From positions 31,496,001-31,560,000 of the forward strand of contig CM060731.1 of NCBI GenBank assembly GCA_030704615.1: a stretch of DNA of 64,000 nucleotides. Direction: 5' to 3'. Within the stretch, counting starts at the first letter, position 1, and each line of letters starts with the position of its first letter. This document shows positions 62,011 to 64,000 of the stretch, one piece after another. This stretch comes from Takakia lepidozioides. Its lineage: Eukaryota; Plantae; Bryophyta. The notes under the pieces were generated by a model. That model saw only the letters and a list, made by a program, of their open reading frames with translations, did not search any database and had not been told where the DNA came from. The position numbers and the translations under genes are program-made.

Positions 62011-63699
62011 GCATAGGCTTTGAATATATATATATATATATATACTAAACAGTAGACGGAGGCCCTGGAAATGCAATAAAATGTGACATAGAGAATATAA
62101 ACTTTTTTGAAGTTGAACCCCAAGGTGGATAAAGGCTTTATGCAAACTTGCATTGAAACTCATTCAGTTCAAGACTTACAACAAGCTCAAATGCTAGGTA
62201 ATCCACAAGGCGTAACACACTTAGGCCATGCCGTTTATGTAGGGAAGAGAGAAATTCATGATTCTTAATTGAATTATAATATTTTATTAATAATTTGGTT
62301 CACCTTTGGTCCATCTGAATGATTGGAAGCATTTATATATTCATGGGCTCTTGACCATGCATCATATAATTTAATATGTATTTGATAAAATTTATTTAAT
62401 TGGGAGGCTGTGCCAACTAGCCTACCCATACTCATGGTTGTGAGAGCATATTGCTGCTCCCACCACCGGTATTCCTCCGCCTCTTGGTATTGAGCAATTT
62501 GGGGTCATGTAGCTCGGCTAGCGAGGACGGTAGGACATCTCCTAGAGGACTTTGAATCCTGGCCTAGAATCTTCCTGACGAATGCCAAACACCAAACTCC
62601 CTACACCAAATCAAGCACATTCATCCACTCCAACCGTACATACATTAACACTCCAAAAACACACTCACCTGGAGAGCCCAAGCTCCCAGGTTTAAATGTT
62701 TAAATAGATCATCTAGCCACTCCTGACATATATCAGGAAAAAACATCAGCTGCAGACTGCAGACCCCACAATTAAACTAAAGTGAAGGAGTCCGGAATCC
62801 GTGTTTTCCTTTTTGGCAAAAAATTGCCAGATTTCGTTCTGGAAACTCGGTCAGCTACTTGTAACAAAGGAATTATGTGAGGTAAAATCCGAGATTTTCG
62901 CCAGAAAGCAGCAGGAGATAAGCCTAATCTTGCCGACATGGACCAATGATTATGGGACACCTGGAATATAGTCACTTTTCTTACTTTGTCACCTCGATAT
63001 TCTCGCCACATGGGCACTGGGTGAAACTCACAGGTGGCGGAAATATGAAAAAAAAACACAGAGATACCTTACTAAAGGGAATACGCAGAGTTTGTAGATC
63101 CGTCAAACTGCACTCGGTGAAGGCAGAGTTAAAAGGGGCAAAGTTTCACAACCCATGAGTCAGATTCAGATACTCGGCCCGGGTTTAGACACATGCCATG
63201 ATATGTGCGGCTAAAATCGTTTTGGCTGCTCATCTCAGGCGCTCGTTGGGATGACGTGACAGGCTGAAACGAAAGATGTTTAAAGTGTCGACAGGCTAAA
63301 ATGCGGACGGCCAAGCCTCCATTTCGTACTCCACGACGTGCACTCCATCTCCATCTCAGGGAAACGTAACCACTTAGCAAAACATCGGCAAAACCTTTTG
63401 GCCGCTCGACCATTCTTGGGATGACCTAAAAGCTCGTTCTCAGTTTTGGCCCCTCAAAAGTGCCACATATGCATCCAGCAGTGCCACCTAGATTGGGAGT
63501 TTTTCATTGACCGGCCACGTCTAAACTATCAAACCTGAAATTCGTCCAATCATTGACCACCAAAACAAAATAAAACAGGTGGACGCTTTGCTGAAGCAAC
63601 GCGTAATCACTTGACTCCATAGGGCTATGGTCTTCCAGTGGGAAGGTGGACACGGTATCATTGACCACCATCGCATTTGGGCGCAGTCTAACCCCGGCC

Positions 63700-64000
63700 T
63701 CAGAATTCTATCTCTTGCCGCTCAGCCCAGAACTTTCCTGAAGGCCCTCCAGGAGGCTGGAGAGCTAGCCACACCCCAGTGTCAGCACCCACTCCAACCG
63801 GGTGGGGTCCAGTCCACTGGGGCCTGGGCTTGCGCGTAGGCCGTCGGGCAGAGAGCGCCTGAGCCATCATATCCGTTTCAGTAACCCCGGGACAGTAGCT
63901 GTTGACGACGATACTCTCGTCTTGCGGGCGGCCAGACAGGGCGCGGTGCAGTATGCTCACGTACGCATTCACCGCCATCTTCGAAACAGCGTACACCATT
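63700..64000 (-). CDS. 3' exon of a short-chain dehydrogenase/reductase (carbonyl reductase / neomenthol dehydrogenase-like), partial
   Basis: Catalytic YAVSK (YxxxK), VNSYCPGVTETDM and GADTGVWLALQP..PSGKFWAER, then a stop. Confidence 0.9.
   Translation of the reverse strand, partial: MVYAVSKMAVNAYVSILHRALSGRPQDESIVVNSYCPGVTETDMMAQALSARRPTRKPRPQWTGPHPVGVGADTGVWLALQPPGGPSGKFWAERQEIEF

Overview
Eukaryotic nuclear DNA, most likely from a land plant of moss/bryophyte grade (inferred from spliceosomal introns, a PLS-type PPR fragment and the transposon families). About 7.0-46.4 kb is a deeply nested transposon island. Its backbone is one minus-strand non-LTR retrotransposon (7041-33023, 14-bp TSD) with Dualen/RandI-type dual endonucleases (APE + RT + RNase H + CCHC/RLE). 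This LINE also encodes a chromodomain and a PCIF1/CAPAM-like adenine-methyltransferase-fold domain. Inserted in it are a tRNA-derived SINE that shares its structured 3' end, CACTA-type elements, solo LTRs, a captured PPR fragment, and a 12.8-kb block containing a Ty3/gypsy element with a complete DNMT3-type cytosine methyltransferase domain between protease and RT. The LINE's RT core has been excised, circularly permuted and re-inserted inverted. Further right is a Mutator-like element (GCM-like/DDE/SWIM transposase) with a divergent ParB/Srx-motif gene and 15 copies of a 24-bp palindrome, six of them phased at exactly 42 bp. The right third holds a probable host WD40 gene spliced to a 4.6-kb Cys/His tandem-repeat exon, and the last exon of an SDR (carbonyl-reductase-like) gene. 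Nearly all TE ORFs are decayed. All domain calls are by eye from motifs; no database searches were run.
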